Virus genome (UHGV): UHGV-1270568 | DNA length: 19,450 nt | Origin: a virus | Reading direction: 5' to 3' (one strand) | Shown here: positions 1-8,532 of the stretch, in pieces | Layout: each line of letters starts with the position of its first letter | Numbering within the stretch: the stretch's first letter is position 1 | Translations under genes and position numbers: made by a program | The notes under the pieces: model-generated | The model's input: only the letters and a program-made list of their open reading frames with translations | Told to the model about the DNA's origin: nothing | Databases searched by the model: none

Positions 1-1187
1 GAGGGCCACGGAACAGGTACACCAACGGGCAGTGCAGAGCCTTCCCCCAAACCAAGGTAATCAAGAACTCCCTGAGTGCTGGTTTTACCAAGAATGGCAC
101 GTCCAACACTTGTCAACGCGGTTAACGCGGCACGATCTGCCCCTGTAAAATATGGGAGTTTATCTGCTGATGTAGCAAGCTCCGCCAGCGCCGTCAGGGT
201 GGCATCCTTCGGTTGCTTACCCGCAAGCGCGTTAGTCATGGTGGTCGCAAAATTCGGGTCATTGCCCAGCGCCGCAGCCAGTTCGTTCAGCGTGTTCAGT
301 GCATCAGGTGACGAATCTACAAGTGCGGCAATCGCGGCCATAACGAAAGCCGTGCTTGCGATCTGGGTACTATTAGCCCCCTGTGGCGCTGTTGGTGTTG
401 TTGGCGTTCCGGTCAGTGCCGGGCTGTTTAATGGTGCTTTCTTGTTCGTTTCATCCATTACCGCCTTAACAGCTTTTGGTGTCGCTGCCAGCGTTTCAGA
501 CGTGCTGTTCGTGGCGCTACTGAGTTGAACAATCCCTTTTTGTGTAGTGGTGGCGTTCTGGGCGGTATATTTCCCGTTAGCCAGGTCATATGCAGCCTTA
601 ACCGCTTTCGGTGTTGCGGCCAGTGTTTCTGATTCACTGTTAATTGCACTGCTTAACTGAGTAAAACCTTTTACGGTCAGCGAGGCGTCCGGGTGACGTC
701 GTGATTGTTCGTGCTCTGATATTTTATCATCCACATATTTGCGGGTTGCCAGAACCACAGACGGGTCGATTTTCAGCGTGATGGCTTCGGTGTTCGTGAC
801 AACCAGAATCATGCGGATAGTCTGGGTGCGTCCACTGCCTTCCTGCAACTGCGGTTTGTACGTTTCCGGGCAGTTTGCCACCGCAATGAGTGCACCTTCA
901 TCATCATAAAGACCAATCTCACGGATCCAGAATCCTCCCTCGTTTTCAGGGATGATTTGCTCCGCAATAATCTGGCTCTGATTGTTAGGGTCAACACTCA
1001 GAAGATTCAGCGGTGCAATGCGTTTCTGGTTAATCAGTTTTGTTTGTGCAGGGTCTGGTGTTGGTAACACACCATTTGCATCACCAACGGCCATTTGCGT
1101 CAGATTCAGTTTACTGCCGAGCATCGTCGCGTTAGCCAGTCGTGCCGCGCCCTGATTAGTCAGAATAGCGTAGTATTTCACTGTCAT
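1..1187 (-). CDS. H: Tail fibre protein, N-terminal part (P2 gpH-like); gene continues beyond the window start
   Basis: Absent from the ORF track because it runs off the window. ATG at 1187..1185 overlaps the stop of the upstream gene (ATGA). My translation reads MTVKYYAILTNQGAARLANATMLGSKLNLTQMAVGDANGVLPTPDP... and stays open to position 1. Contains two copies of the ...SETLAATPKAVKA... module typical of P2-type fibre N-termini. ORFs 76..528(+) and 458..649(-) are shadows of it. Confidence 0.8.
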   Translation of the reverse strand, partial: MTVKYYAILTNQGAARLANATMLGSKLNLTQMAVGDANGVLPTPDPAQTKLINQKRIAPLNLLSVDPNNQSQIIAEQIIPENEGGFWIREIGLYDDEGALIAVANCPETYKPQLQEGSGRTQTIRMILVVTNTEAITLKIDPSVVLATRKYVDDKISEHEQSRRHPDASLTVKGFTQLSSAINSESETLAATPKAVKAAYDLANGKYTAQNATTTQKGIVQLSSATNSTSETLAATPKAVKAVMDETNKKAPLNSPALTGTPTTPTAPQGANSTQIASTAFVMAAIAALVDSSPDALNTLNELAAALGNDPNFATTMTNALAGKQPKDATLTALAELATSADKLPYFTGADRAALTALTSVGRAILGKTSTQGVLDYLGLGEGSALPVGVPVPWP

Positions 1188-1792
1188 GCGTTTACTCTCA
1201 GATTATCAATTAAATGAATGGCCGGGGCAGGGAAATAGTCCCCTTCGACAATAATGGACTCCGGGGTGTAGGGATAAACCGTCAGGGCATCGCCGTGATA
1301 GCATCCCGTACCAACGAAAATCTTTCCGTTCACACTCAGGCTGATCGCCAGCCCCGTCAGATGGCGACTTACTGGTTTTGCATCCGCAATAAGGCGCTCA
1401 AGTTCCTGATGCATTTCATCGGTGATGCCCTGATCAAGTACTCCGACAACAATGCGAAATGTTCCCGGCTCCTCGTTGAGTTGCCACCACTCCTTTACTT
1501 CAATCAGGTAGCCGAGAGGCTCCACGGCTCTTCGCAGTGCGCTGATGGTCCCTTTGTGTCGGTGTATCAGCCATGCATCACGAATCACCTGTCGCTTTGT
1601 CTCTTCCGGCCAGTTGCGATCCCAGCGGTCAACGGAAAACGCCCAGGCGAGATAAGGCAGCAGATGCACCGGGCAGGTGTCCGGCGACCACAGCGTGTTG
1701 AGGTCTACCGGAATGTCTGTAATGCGTGTTCCGACGGCTTCGGCACAACGCATGAAATTGCTGGCTGATGGTGGTAACAACGAATTACTCAT
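1184..1792 (-). CDS. I: Baseplate/tail protein I (P2 gpI-like)
   Basis: Track ORF 1184..1825; likely true start is the internal ATG at 1792 (MSNSLLPPSASNF...) with GGTGGA upstream. Motifs LWSPDTCP, LLPYLAWAFSVDRWD and RLIADAKPVSRHL match the P2 tail protein I family as I recall it. Immediately upstream of H, as in P2. Confidence 0.75.
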   Translation of the reverse strand: MSNSLLPPSASNFMRCAEAVGTRITDIPVDLNTLWSPDTCPVHLLPYLAWAFSVDRWDRNWPEETKRQVIRDAWLIHRHKGTISALRRAVEPLGYLIEVKEWWQLNEEPGTFRIVVGVLDQGITDEMHQELERLIADAKPVSRHLTGLAISLSVNGKIFVGTGCYHGDALTVYPYTPESIIVEGDYFPAPAIHLIDNLRVNA

Positions 1793-1821
1793 TGCGTCCA
1801 CCTTCGCTGATGGTGAATGAC

Positions 1822-1944
1822 TCACAGCGCGCCGCCTGTATGTCGCTGATGGCCATATTCTGTGTGGGTTCGATTATCACCATCATCGGTATCGGTGATG
1901 TCGTCCTCTGCGGGTCCGGGGTTGGTTCTGGCAACCATACTCAT
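1822..1944 (-). CDS. Possible 40-aa ORF at the M/I junction (MSMVARTNPGPAEDDITDTDDGDNRTHTEYGHQRHTGGAL); may be a junction artefact
   Basis: ATG at 1944 with AGGAG 9 nt upstream; acidic, low complexity; in-frame TGA closes the frame about 12 codons upstream of the ATG, so it is not simply the tail of a longer gene. Confidence 0.2.
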   Translation of the reverse strand: MSMVARTNPGPAEDDITDTDDGDNRTHTEYGHQRHTGGAL

Positions 1945-1956
1945 GGGGTTCACTCC

Positions 1957-2029
1957 TGAAAAAATCGGGCGGTGGGTGCGCGGTGTAAACGGTCACGGAG
2001 TCAAACCGGAACACCGCGCACGCCGCCCG
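1957..2029 (-). terminator. Terminator-like long imperfect hairpin followed by T6 on the minus strand, just downstream of M
   Basis: Minus strand reads CGGGCGGCGTGCGCGGTG ... CCGCGCACCCACCGCCCG then ATTTTTTCAGG; arms about 17 bp with a 3-nt bulge, loop about 26 nt. Confidence 0.4.
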
Positions 2030-2045
2030 CTGACGGGGTCAGTCG

Positions 2046-2846
2046 TTAACCGCGCTTTGCCTTCTGCGTCGCGGTGGTTTTTCGTGTTGCAGGCTTCCGC
2101 GTTGTCTTTTTACTTTTGCTGCTTTCGTCCTGCGCCTGCGGTGTGCTGGCATCTTCTGGTGCGGCTGTGGAATCGGCTTTTTTCAGGGCGCGGGAAAGGG
2201 TTGCAATCTCGCGTTTCACACCTGCGTTCGGGTTCAGGTGCATTGCTTCGCGTAGCAGCTTCAGTGATGAGGCCATGCTGTCCGCATCGGTCAGGCCACG
2301 GCGGGCAAAGGCGCACGCTTTGCATAATTTGGCGCGCACTTCGTCCGGCATGTCCTGGTCGGTGACAATCTCCCAAAGTGTGTCCAGTGGTTCGATAAAG
2401 GCGGACAAATCCGCGTCGGCATCCGTCCCGGCCTGCGTCAGTACCGGATTACAGATTTCTTCGGTCAGTACCGTGGCAGCAGTACGGCCAAAGTTATCCG
2501 GCATGATGAGGTTGTGATGGACCACATACGCGCCGATACGCAGCGCAAGCGGAAGATCGCCACAGTCAATCGCCCACACCATCAGCGTGGCAATCACTTC
2601 ATCCTGCTGCCCGCCGTCAGCTTCCAGCGTTCCCTCAATCCAGCCGGAAAAATCCGGCAACAACTCTTTTTTGATGGCGGCTTTCGCGCTTCTGGCCTGT
2701 ACGCCCTTAAGCCGGGCCTGTGCCAGACGCAGACGATACAGCACCTCTTCATGCGCGGTACGCGCGGCGTGGTCCACGCCTTCATTCGCCCGGCCTGCGC
2801 GCTGTGCCATCACGTTCAGCCAGTGTTGCTGTGCAGGAGTAATCAT
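2046..2846 (-). CDS. M: Terminase small (endonuclease) subunit, P2 gpM-like
   Basis: 266 aa; GGAGAG RBS 5 nt upstream of ATG 2846; motif DMPDEVRAKL and a basic K/R/T-rich C-terminal tail resemble P2 gpM; position downstream of N. Confidence 0.8.
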   Translation of the reverse strand: MITPAQQHWLNVMAQRAGRANEGVDHAARTAHEEVLYRLRLAQARLKGVQARSAKAAIKKELLPDFSGWIEGTLEADGGQQDEVIATLMVWAIDCGDLPLALRIGAYVVHHNLIMPDNFGRTAATVLTEEICNPVLTQAGTDADADLSAFIEPLDTLWEIVTDQDMPDEVRAKLCKACAFARRGLTDADSMASSLKLLREAMHLNPNAGVKREIATLSRALKKADSTAAPEDASTPQAQDESSKSKKTTRKPATRKTTATQKAKRG

Positions 2847-2891
2847 TTGTTCTCTCCGTTACAGGCGGGCATGATGCCCGCCGTGAGTTGA

Positions 2892-3944
2892 TTAGCTGTC
2901 GGCGAACTTCAGGCCAGTGACCATCGCGCACTTGCCATAGTCTTCAACGACATAAGCGTCATTGATGGACTGGTAGGTGGCGATGCGGTTGTATTCCGGC
3001 TCGTCTTTCATCAGGCGACGCATTGAACCTTTCTGCCAGTAAATCGACAGGTTGTTGAACGAGGTGATCAGCATCGTTGCATCCGGGAAGAACGGCGCAA
3101 GGAACACGCCCAGCCCGCCAATGGTGCGCGATGACAGGATGAGCTGCCCGGCAAGTAATTCCGCATTGGGATTCTGGCCGCTGATGCTGTTCAGCACGGG
3201 CAGACGCAGCGAGTTAAACAGGTTGCGCCCCATAATCACCGCGAGGTCGTCAGCTTCCTTGTGCCATTCATCCAGCAGGGATGAGCGCGCATCCTGTACC
3301 AGAGCATCGGCATTCGCATACTTACCCGCGTGCGCCACAGTGTTGTCCATGTTGCGGGAGGTCAGCGTCACGTCATTCATTACGCGCTCGCTGGCATCGG
3401 TTCTGATGTGCTCCAGCCAGCCCACGTTAACGTCCTGAAGCAGCTTGTTGGTGTGAAAATCAGACTCGTAGGCGTGGGATGTGCCGTTAAAGCCAATCAT
3501 GATGCGATCAAGCGCTACCTGCCGGGCGATCTGTGTACTGATACGGGACTGAAAATCGCTGTGGGCCGCCCAGGTATCAAGCTGTGGGTACGAAATAAAG
3601 GTATCGTAGTTCACCTGTTCGCACTGGTACTGACGAGACTTCATATCGATCACGTTATTCGGGTTACGGCGTTTGATGCCGTCATAACTGCTATTCGTGC
3701 GCGCAATTGGCCCGGTGGTGTCCAGGAGGATTTTTTCGCCTTTCTGGTCGGTCACGCCGATCACGTTAATTCTTTTCGTAAATTCGGTACTTTCCTTTGA
3801 GGCGTTTTCAAAACGCTGCTGCACCGCGGGTTCCACGGTAAATCGCGATACCAGTGCAGATACCGGGATATTGTTAAGCGACGCCTGCTGCGCCATATAG
3901 CAACCCAGCTTGTTGCGGGTAATATCTGACATCACCAGATTCAT
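2892..3944 (-). CDS. N: Major capsid protein, P2 gpN-like
   Basis: 350 aa; motifs FTVEP, GFNG, DVNVGWL, LSIYWQ and YVVEDY correspond to P2 gpN; AAGGAG RBS upstream; lies between O and M. Confidence 0.9.
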   Translation of the reverse strand: MNLVMSDITRNKLGCYMAQQASLNNIPVSALVSRFTVEPAVQQRFENASKESTEFTKRINVIGVTDQKGEKILLDTTGPIARTNSSYDGIKRRNPNNVIDMKSRQYQCEQVNYDTFISYPQLDTWAAHSDFQSRISTQIARQVALDRIMIGFNGTSHAYESDFHTNKLLQDVNVGWLEHIRTDASERVMNDVTLTSRNMDNTVAHAGKYANADALVQDARSSLLDEWHKEADDLAVIMGRNLFNSLRLPVLNSISGQNPNAELLAGQLILSSRTIGGLGVFLAPFFPDATMLITSFNNLSIYWQKGSMRRLMKDEPEYNRIATYQSINDAYVVEDYGKCAMVTGLKFADS

Positions 3945-3967
3945 AAAAAATTTGCTCCTTTGTCTTA

Positions 3968-4804
3968 TCAGAAGTCAGCCAGCTGGTCGGAGGCTGCGCC
4001 CGTTGCGGTGAAGCGGTTCTGCGGATCGCCGTCCTGCGTGCGCAGTTTTTCCTTCAATGCTGTCAGCTCTGTGGTCAGTGACGTGATTTTCTGGCGGTCC
4101 TGCTGATGGCGGGTTTCCAGCACATTAAAACGGTCGATAATGTCGGCCTGTGACGTTGCAACGCCTTCCACCGCTTCCTGAATTCGGGAGAAACTGGCGT
4201 CATCCGCTTTGCGGCCACGACCAATAATCCCCATTACGCGGTTAAACCACTGGGTGCCTTCTTCCTGGCGTTGTTCTGCCATTTCGATGATTTCAGACTC
4301 GATGGCTTCGGAGATAAGCGGTGCTTCACCCTGGATACTGTTGAACGTCATCACCGCCTGACGTTGCTGTGCCGTGAATTTCAGGCGCTCAGTGCCCAGG
4401 CTTGCCGGGGTGTCGGTCATCGCCAGCCCGACCAGATAGGCGCGCCCGTTAACGGAGAACTGCGGGTGCAGTTCGATACTGGAATAGATTTTCTTGCCGT
4501 CAGCGACAAGCTGCTTCATGCGCTCGGTCGGTTCGATTTCTGCATACAGCGCAGTACGTCCGGCCAGCGGGCCTTCCGTAATATCTTCCGTACTCAGCGC
4601 GGTGACATCGCCCATTGCGGAAAATTCGCTTGACGGGCATGGCGAGAGATAGTGCTCAACGTTCACGCGGGCAGCGTAAACATCCGGGTTGAAGTTCTCG
4701 GCGGCTTCACGCAGATGTACCTGGCTGATTTCGCGGCCATCAACAGTTGATCCGGAGACAGCCACGCGAAACTTTTTGCGGGATGTCTTTTTTTCATTAG
4801 CCAT
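3968..4804 (-). CDS. O: Capsid scaffolding protein, P2 gpO-like
   Basis: Track ORF 3968..4837; preferred start is ATG 4804 (MANEKKTSRKKFRVAVSGSTVDGREIS...) with GAGGGG RBS. KKFRVAV...DGR..IS and YLVGLAMTDTPASLGTE match gpO. Confidence 0.85.
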   Translation of the reverse strand: MANEKKTSRKKFRVAVSGSTVDGREISQVHLREAAENFNPDVYAARVNVEHYLSPCPSSEFSAMGDVTALSTEDITEGPLAGRTALYAEIEPTERMKQLVADGKKIYSSIELHPQFSVNGRAYLVGLAMTDTPASLGTERLKFTAQQRQAVMTFNSIQGEAPLISEAIESEIIEMAEQRQEEGTQWFNRVMGIIGRGRKADDASFSRIQEAVEGVATSQADIIDRFNVLETRHQQDRQKITSLTTELTALKEKLRTQDGDPQNRFTATGAASDQLADF

Positions 4805-4958
4805 AGTTTTTGCCCCTCTGACTGGTTCTTCAGTCATGATGGCAAAGCGTAACAGGCTGATACAAAGGGCTTTTGTTGTAAGAAAACGGCCAGAACAGGG
4901 GGTTAAGGAGAACGGTTTCGCGCGCGGGTAATCTTCCTGTAATTACTCAGGGGGAGCA
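4805..4958. promoter_or_regulatory. Divergent late promoter region between O (minus) and P (plus)
   Basis: 154-bp non-coding spacer between divergent structural operons, as in the P2 PO/PP region. Contains the near-palindrome ACAAAGGGCTTTTGT and TGT...ACA elements, but I cannot place a canonical Ogr-type TGT-N12-ACA site. Confidence 0.4.
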
Positions 4959-6710
4959 ATGATTCAGGACGCTTTTGTGCGCCAGCGTGCGCGGCAACTT
5001 TACTGGCAGGGTTATCCGCCCGCAGAAATATCACGTCTGATGGGAATAAACCCGAACACGATTTATGCGTGGAAAAAACGCGACCAGTGGGATGAAACGC
5101 CACCCGTGCAGCGTGTCACGCAGTCCATCGATGCGCGCCTCATCCAGCTTACTGAAAAACAGAATAAAACAGGCGGTGACTTTAAGGAAATAGACCTGCT
5201 GACCCGGCAGCTTAAAAAAATGCATGATGGCCAGCCGGATGCGACGGCCACAGGAAAGAAAGGTCGGGCGAAAAAACTCAAAAATCATTTCACGCCGGAA
5301 CAGATTGCCGCACTGCGGGAAAAAATCATCAGCAGGCTGGAGTGGCATCAGCGGGGCTGGTTTGACTCCCTGACCCTTTGCAGGGAAGCCGGGATACGTA
5401 ACAGGATGATCCTGAAATCCCGACAGATTGGCGCGACCTGGTATTTTGCACAGGAAGCACTGCTGATGGCGCTGCGTGACGATGTGGCGCAACCTTACCA
5501 GCGTAACCAGATTTTTTTGTCTGCGTCGCGTCGTCAGGCGTTCCAGTTTAAAAGCATTATTCAGAAGGCCGCGGCTGAAGTTGATGTGGAGCTGAAAGGG
5601 GGCGATAAAATCATCCTCTCCAACGGCGCAGAGCTGCATTTTCTCGGCACTTCTGCTGCGTCGGCGCAGTCCTATACGGGCAATTTTTATTTTGATGAAT
5701 TTTTCTGGGTCAGTCGCTTTGCTGAACTGCGCAAGGTGGCTGGCGCTATGGCAACCCTCAGCGGATTGCGGCGCACCTACTTCTCCACGCCATCCACCGA
5801 AACGCACGAAGCATACGCCTACTGGAACGGCGACCGCTGGAACGAGAAAAAGGCCACGCATAAACGCCAGCGTTTTTCTGTGGACTGGAAAACGCTGCAT
5901 AACGGGCTTATCTGCCCTGACCGGACGTGGCGGCAAATTGTCACGCTGGAAGATGTGGTTAATCACGGCTGGAAACACACCGATATCGACGAAATTCGTG
6001 ATGAAAACACCGAAGACGAGTTCCTCAATCTCTATATGTGTGAGTTTGTCCGCGAAGGGGAATCGGCATTTAACCTGAATATCCTGATTGGCTGCGGTGT
6101 TGACGGATACGACGACTGGAAAGACTGGAAACCTTTTGCTCCCCGCCCGATGGGGAATCGTCCGGTATGGATTGGGTATGACGCAAACGGCAGCAGTGGC
6201 AACGGCGACAGCGGCGCTGTATCCGTGGTGGTTCCTCCGGCTGTTCCTGGTGGCCGTTTTCGAACGGTGGAGACGCGACGCGTTCAGGGGCTGGAGTTTG
6301 AAGAACAGGCCAGAGTCATTGAAGAGTTCACGTGTCGCTACAACGTGGAACACATCGGCATTGATGTGACGGGCGGGAACGGGGAGGCTGTTTATCAGAT
6401 AGTGAAACGGTTTTTCCCTGCCGCTATTCCGTACACCTTCACGCTGTCATCAAAACGGTCGCTGGTACTGAAAATGCTGCAAATAATGCGTGCCGGGCGG
6501 TGGGAATACGATCGCGCCGAACGCGAGCTGGTCGCGGCCTTTAACGCCGTGCGTAAGGTGAAAACACCGGGCGGCTTTATCACTTACGAAACGGACCGTG
6601 CGAGGGGGATCAGCCACGGCGACCTTGCGTGGGCAACCATGCTTGCTGTCATTAACGAACCGATTGGCGGCGAAGGAGAAAACGAGCGTTTCACGGTTAT
6701 GGAGTTCTGA
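4959..6710 (+). CDS. P: Terminase large (ATPase) subunit, P2 gpP-like
   Basis: 583 aa; GGGGAG RBS; N-terminal RQLYWQGY...ISRLMGINPNTIYAWKKRDQWDE resembles the gpP N-terminus; stop overlaps the Q start (TGATG). Confidence 0.9.
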   Translation: MIQDAFVRQRARQLYWQGYPPAEISRLMGINPNTIYAWKKRDQWDETPPVQRVTQSIDARLIQLTEKQNKTGGDFKEIDLLTRQLKKMHDGQPDATATGKKGRAKKLKNHFTPEQIAALREKIISRLEWHQRGWFDSLTLCREAGIRNRMILKSRQIGATWYFAQEALLMALRDDVAQPYQRNQIFLSASRRQAFQFKSIIQKAAAEVDVELKGGDKIILSNGAELHFLGTSAASAQSYTGNFYFDEFFWVSRFAELRKVAGAMATLSGLRRTYFSTPSTETHEAYAYWNGDRWNEKKATHKRQRFSVDWKTLHNGLICPDRTWRQIVTLEDVVNHGWKHTDIDEIRDENTEDEFLNLYMCEFVREGESAFNLNILIGCGVDGYDDWKDWKPFAPRPMGNRPVWIGYDANGSSGNGDSGAVSVVVPPAVPGGRFRTVETRRVQGLEFEEQARVIEEFTCRYNVEHIGIDVTGGNGEAVYQIVKRFFPAAIPYTFTLSSKRSLVLKMLQIMRAGRWEYDRAERELVAAFNAVRKVKTPGGFITYETDRARGISHGDLAWATMLAVINEPIGGEGENERFTVMEF

Positions 6711-7756
6711 TGAGCAGAAAAAATAAAAAAGTGCGCATGAGTTCACGCATTGATCTCGCTGATGCGCTCAGGAAAGAATCATCGCTCAGTGCATTCACAT
6801 TTGATGGTCCTTATCGCCTGACCGGGCATGACCTGCTGGACAATATGTACTGTGCTGATAACGGGCGGTGGTATGAAACCCCGGTGGACTGGTACGGTCT
6901 GGCAAGAGCTGCCCGGCAAACGTCCTGGCATCAGTCTGCGCTTTACTTTAAGCGCAATGTATTACTCGGTTGCTACATCCCGCACCCGTTGCTTTCCCGG
7001 CAGGATTTCTCGGCGCTGGCGCTGGACTGGTTTGTGTTCGGTAACGCATTCCTTGAGCTTCGAAGCAATATGCTCGGCGAACCGCTTAAATTACGGCACG
7101 CCCTGGCGAAATACATGCGACGCGGAAGCGATCTTGAATCATGGTGGTATGTGCAGGATGGCAAGGACGCGTTTCAGTTTCGCCCTGGCAAAGTGTGCCA
7201 CCTGATGAATCCTGACATTAACCAGGAAATCTACGGCATGCCGGAATATCTCGGCGCATTACTCTCGGCCAGCCTGTCTCATTCGGCGGACATGTTCAGA
7301 AAACTGTATTACGACAATGGATCCCACGCCGGGTGCATCATCTACATCGGTGCAGCGCAGGTAAACCGCGAAAGCATGGACTCCCTGAAAGAAACGCTAC
7401 AGGGGGCACGTGGTGGTGGTGCGTTTAAAAACGTGCTCATTCATGCGCCTAACGGGGGCAAAGAGGGGGTGCAAATTTTGCCGTTCCAGCAGATCACCGC
7501 AAAGGATGAGTTCATGAATGTTAAGGCGGCATCCCGTGATGATGTGCTGGCTGCGCACCGCGTTCCGCCGCAACTGATGGGGGCGATGCCGGGCGAAAAA
7601 AGTGCGTTTGGTGATGTGGAGAAGGCCGCGCGGGTTTACGCAATTAACGAGCTGATGCCCGTCATGGAGGCCATGAAGCACATCAATGACTGGCTTGGCG
7701 AAGAGGTGATCCGCTTTAACCCTTACGCACTGTTAGACACCCTGCCCACATCCTGA
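6710..7756 (+). CDS. Q: Portal (capsid vertex) protein, P2 gpQ-like
   Basis: 348 aa; translationally coupled to P; same size and position as P2 gpQ, last gene before the cos region. Confidence 0.85.
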   Translation: MSRKNKKVRMSSRIDLADALRKESSLSAFTFDGPYRLTGHDLLDNMYCADNGRWYETPVDWYGLARAARQTSWHQSALYFKRNVLLGCYIPHPLLSRQDFSALALDWFVFGNAFLELRSNMLGEPLKLRHALAKYMRRGSDLESWWYVQDGKDAFQFRPGKVCHLMNPDINQEIYGMPEYLGALLSASLSHSADMFRKLYYDNGSHAGCIIYIGAAQVNRESMDSLKETLQGARGGGAFKNVLIHAPNGGKEGVQILPFQQITAKDEFMNVKAASRDDVLAAHRVPPQLMGAMPGEKSAFGDVEKAARVYAINELMPVMEAMKHINDWLGEEVIRFNPYALLDTLPTS

Positions 7757-7782
7757 CGCGCTTCGCTTGTCTGCTGCTTCGC

Positions 7783-7807
7783 CGGGGCATAAAAAATTTA
7801 TGCCCCG
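7783..7807. other. Perfect 11-bp stem, 3-nt loop hairpin (CGGGGCATAAA aaa TTTATGCCCCG) 27 bp after the Q stop
   Basis: Read directly from the sequence; no U-tract on either strand, so it may be a Rho-independent-like structure without a tail or a packaging recognition element. Confidence 0.5.
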
Positions 7808-7843
7808 ACTCTCCAGCTCCTGTATCAGTCAGATAATTTCACG

Positions 7844-7863
7844 ATGCTTTCCTGCTGATTGCC
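7844..7863. other. Candidate cos cohesive-end site
   Basis: ATGCTTTCCTGCTGATTGCC. The first 8-9 nt match the complement of the P2/186 cohesive-end sequence as I remember it (GTGCTTTCCCCGCCTCGCC), and the distance from the Q stop (about 90 bp) matches P2 geometry. The rest diverges. Confidence 0.3.
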
Positions 7864-8085
7864 ATCATCGACAGTCAGACTCTTACACAATCCCACCGCG
7901 TTGACTGCATGTTCTCGCCGCCTCAGTGCGATTTTGACGGCCTTATCTTCCACTCCATCAAATCAAAAGCCCTCACGTCGTTTTCACGCTCAGCGTGAGA
8001 AATACAGCCATTCTGTTGTGTCGCTGCGACATCGTTCAGGGGATGCTATTTACCCCCTGAAACGCGGGCTGTTCCCCCGTCACCT

Positions 8086-8110
8086 GCGCGCAGAAAAAGC
8101 GCGTTTTTTT
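8086..8110 (+). terminator. Plus-strand Rho-independent terminator candidate
   Basis: Short GC stem (CGCGC / GCGCG, loop AGAAAAA) followed by TTTTTTT. Confidence 0.4.
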
Positions 8111-8180
8111 GTGCACGCACGGATCCTTGACGGATCCAGCCGCCATGCGGGCCGGAAGGGTAAAAAGTCGTTCAAAAAAA

Positions 8181-8208
8181 TTGTGCAAATTTGTGCACTT
8201 TTGTGCAA
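8181..8208. repeat. Three direct repeats TTGTGCA(A/C) at exact 10-bp spacing (8181, 8191, 8201); a fourth copy at 8109..8116
   Basis: Read directly; helical-phase periodicity suggests a protein-binding array in the cos-proximal region. Confidence 0.6.
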
Positions 8209-8233
8209 ACAAAAAGCGCCCCTGAGGCGCTTT
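8201..8233 (-). terminator. Minus-strand Rho-independent terminator closing the A / cargo operon
   Basis: 8-bp stem AAAGCGCC / GGCGCTTT with loop CCTGA at 8213..8233; on the minus strand it is followed by TTTTGTTTG. Confidence 0.55.
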
Positions 8234-8267
8234 AGTGTTTTATAGGTTGTGTATATTTGCTGGGTCC

Positions 8268-8531
8268 TTATCCTGCTGTGCTTTCAACTGATGAGGGGAA
8301 CAAAATCTTTTCATCAAACCCTGCATTCATATCATGGACAGCAACACACCAATCCATTGACGAACGATTATCAAGAGCCTCCATGATTTCATCCATGCGG
8401 CGTAGGTCATACAGGTAAATGCTTTTATCGCCAATGGTGTAAAAACCAATTTTTTTCGGTGATGGACAGCGATCAAGAACGTCCTGTAATTCGTTCAACC
8501 ATGCCCGTTCTTTTTTTGTCAAAGTTGCCAT
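8268..8531 (-). CDS. Hypothetical 87-aa protein, third gene of the cargo cassette
   Basis: MATLTKKERAWLNELQDVLDRCPSPKKIGFYTIGDK...; AAGGAGAG RBS lies inside the 17-bp linker repeat; single-nucleotide gap to the upstream stop. No family recognised. Confidence 0.6.
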   Translation of the reverse strand: MATLTKKERAWLNELQDVLDRCPSPKKIGFYTIGDKSIYLYDLRRMDEIMEALDNRSSMDWCVAVHDMNAGFDEKILFPSSVESTAG

Positions 8532-8532
8532 A

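Noticed and set aside
76-528. 150-aa plus-strand ORF (and 458..649 minus) at the window start
   Set aside because: Low-complexity Ala/Ser/Val-rich translation lying antisense to, or out of frame with, the well-supported tail fibre H frame; a shadow ORF.
4805-4958. Assigning a specific Ogr/Delta activator binding site in the late promoter region
   Set aside because: I could not find a clean TGT-N12-ACA dyad at the expected spacing; only the regional call is retained.
5031-6353. 440-aa minus-strand ORF
   Set aside because: Lies entirely antisense within terminase large subunit P, has no recognisable motifs and an Arg/Phe-rich junk-like composition; the P frame has strong homology-like support.
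7859-8245. 128-aa plus-strand ORF in the cos region
   Set aside because: Arg/Ser/His-rich translation with no RBS, spanning palindromes, direct repeats and two terminators; better explained as non-coding packaging and regulatory DNA.
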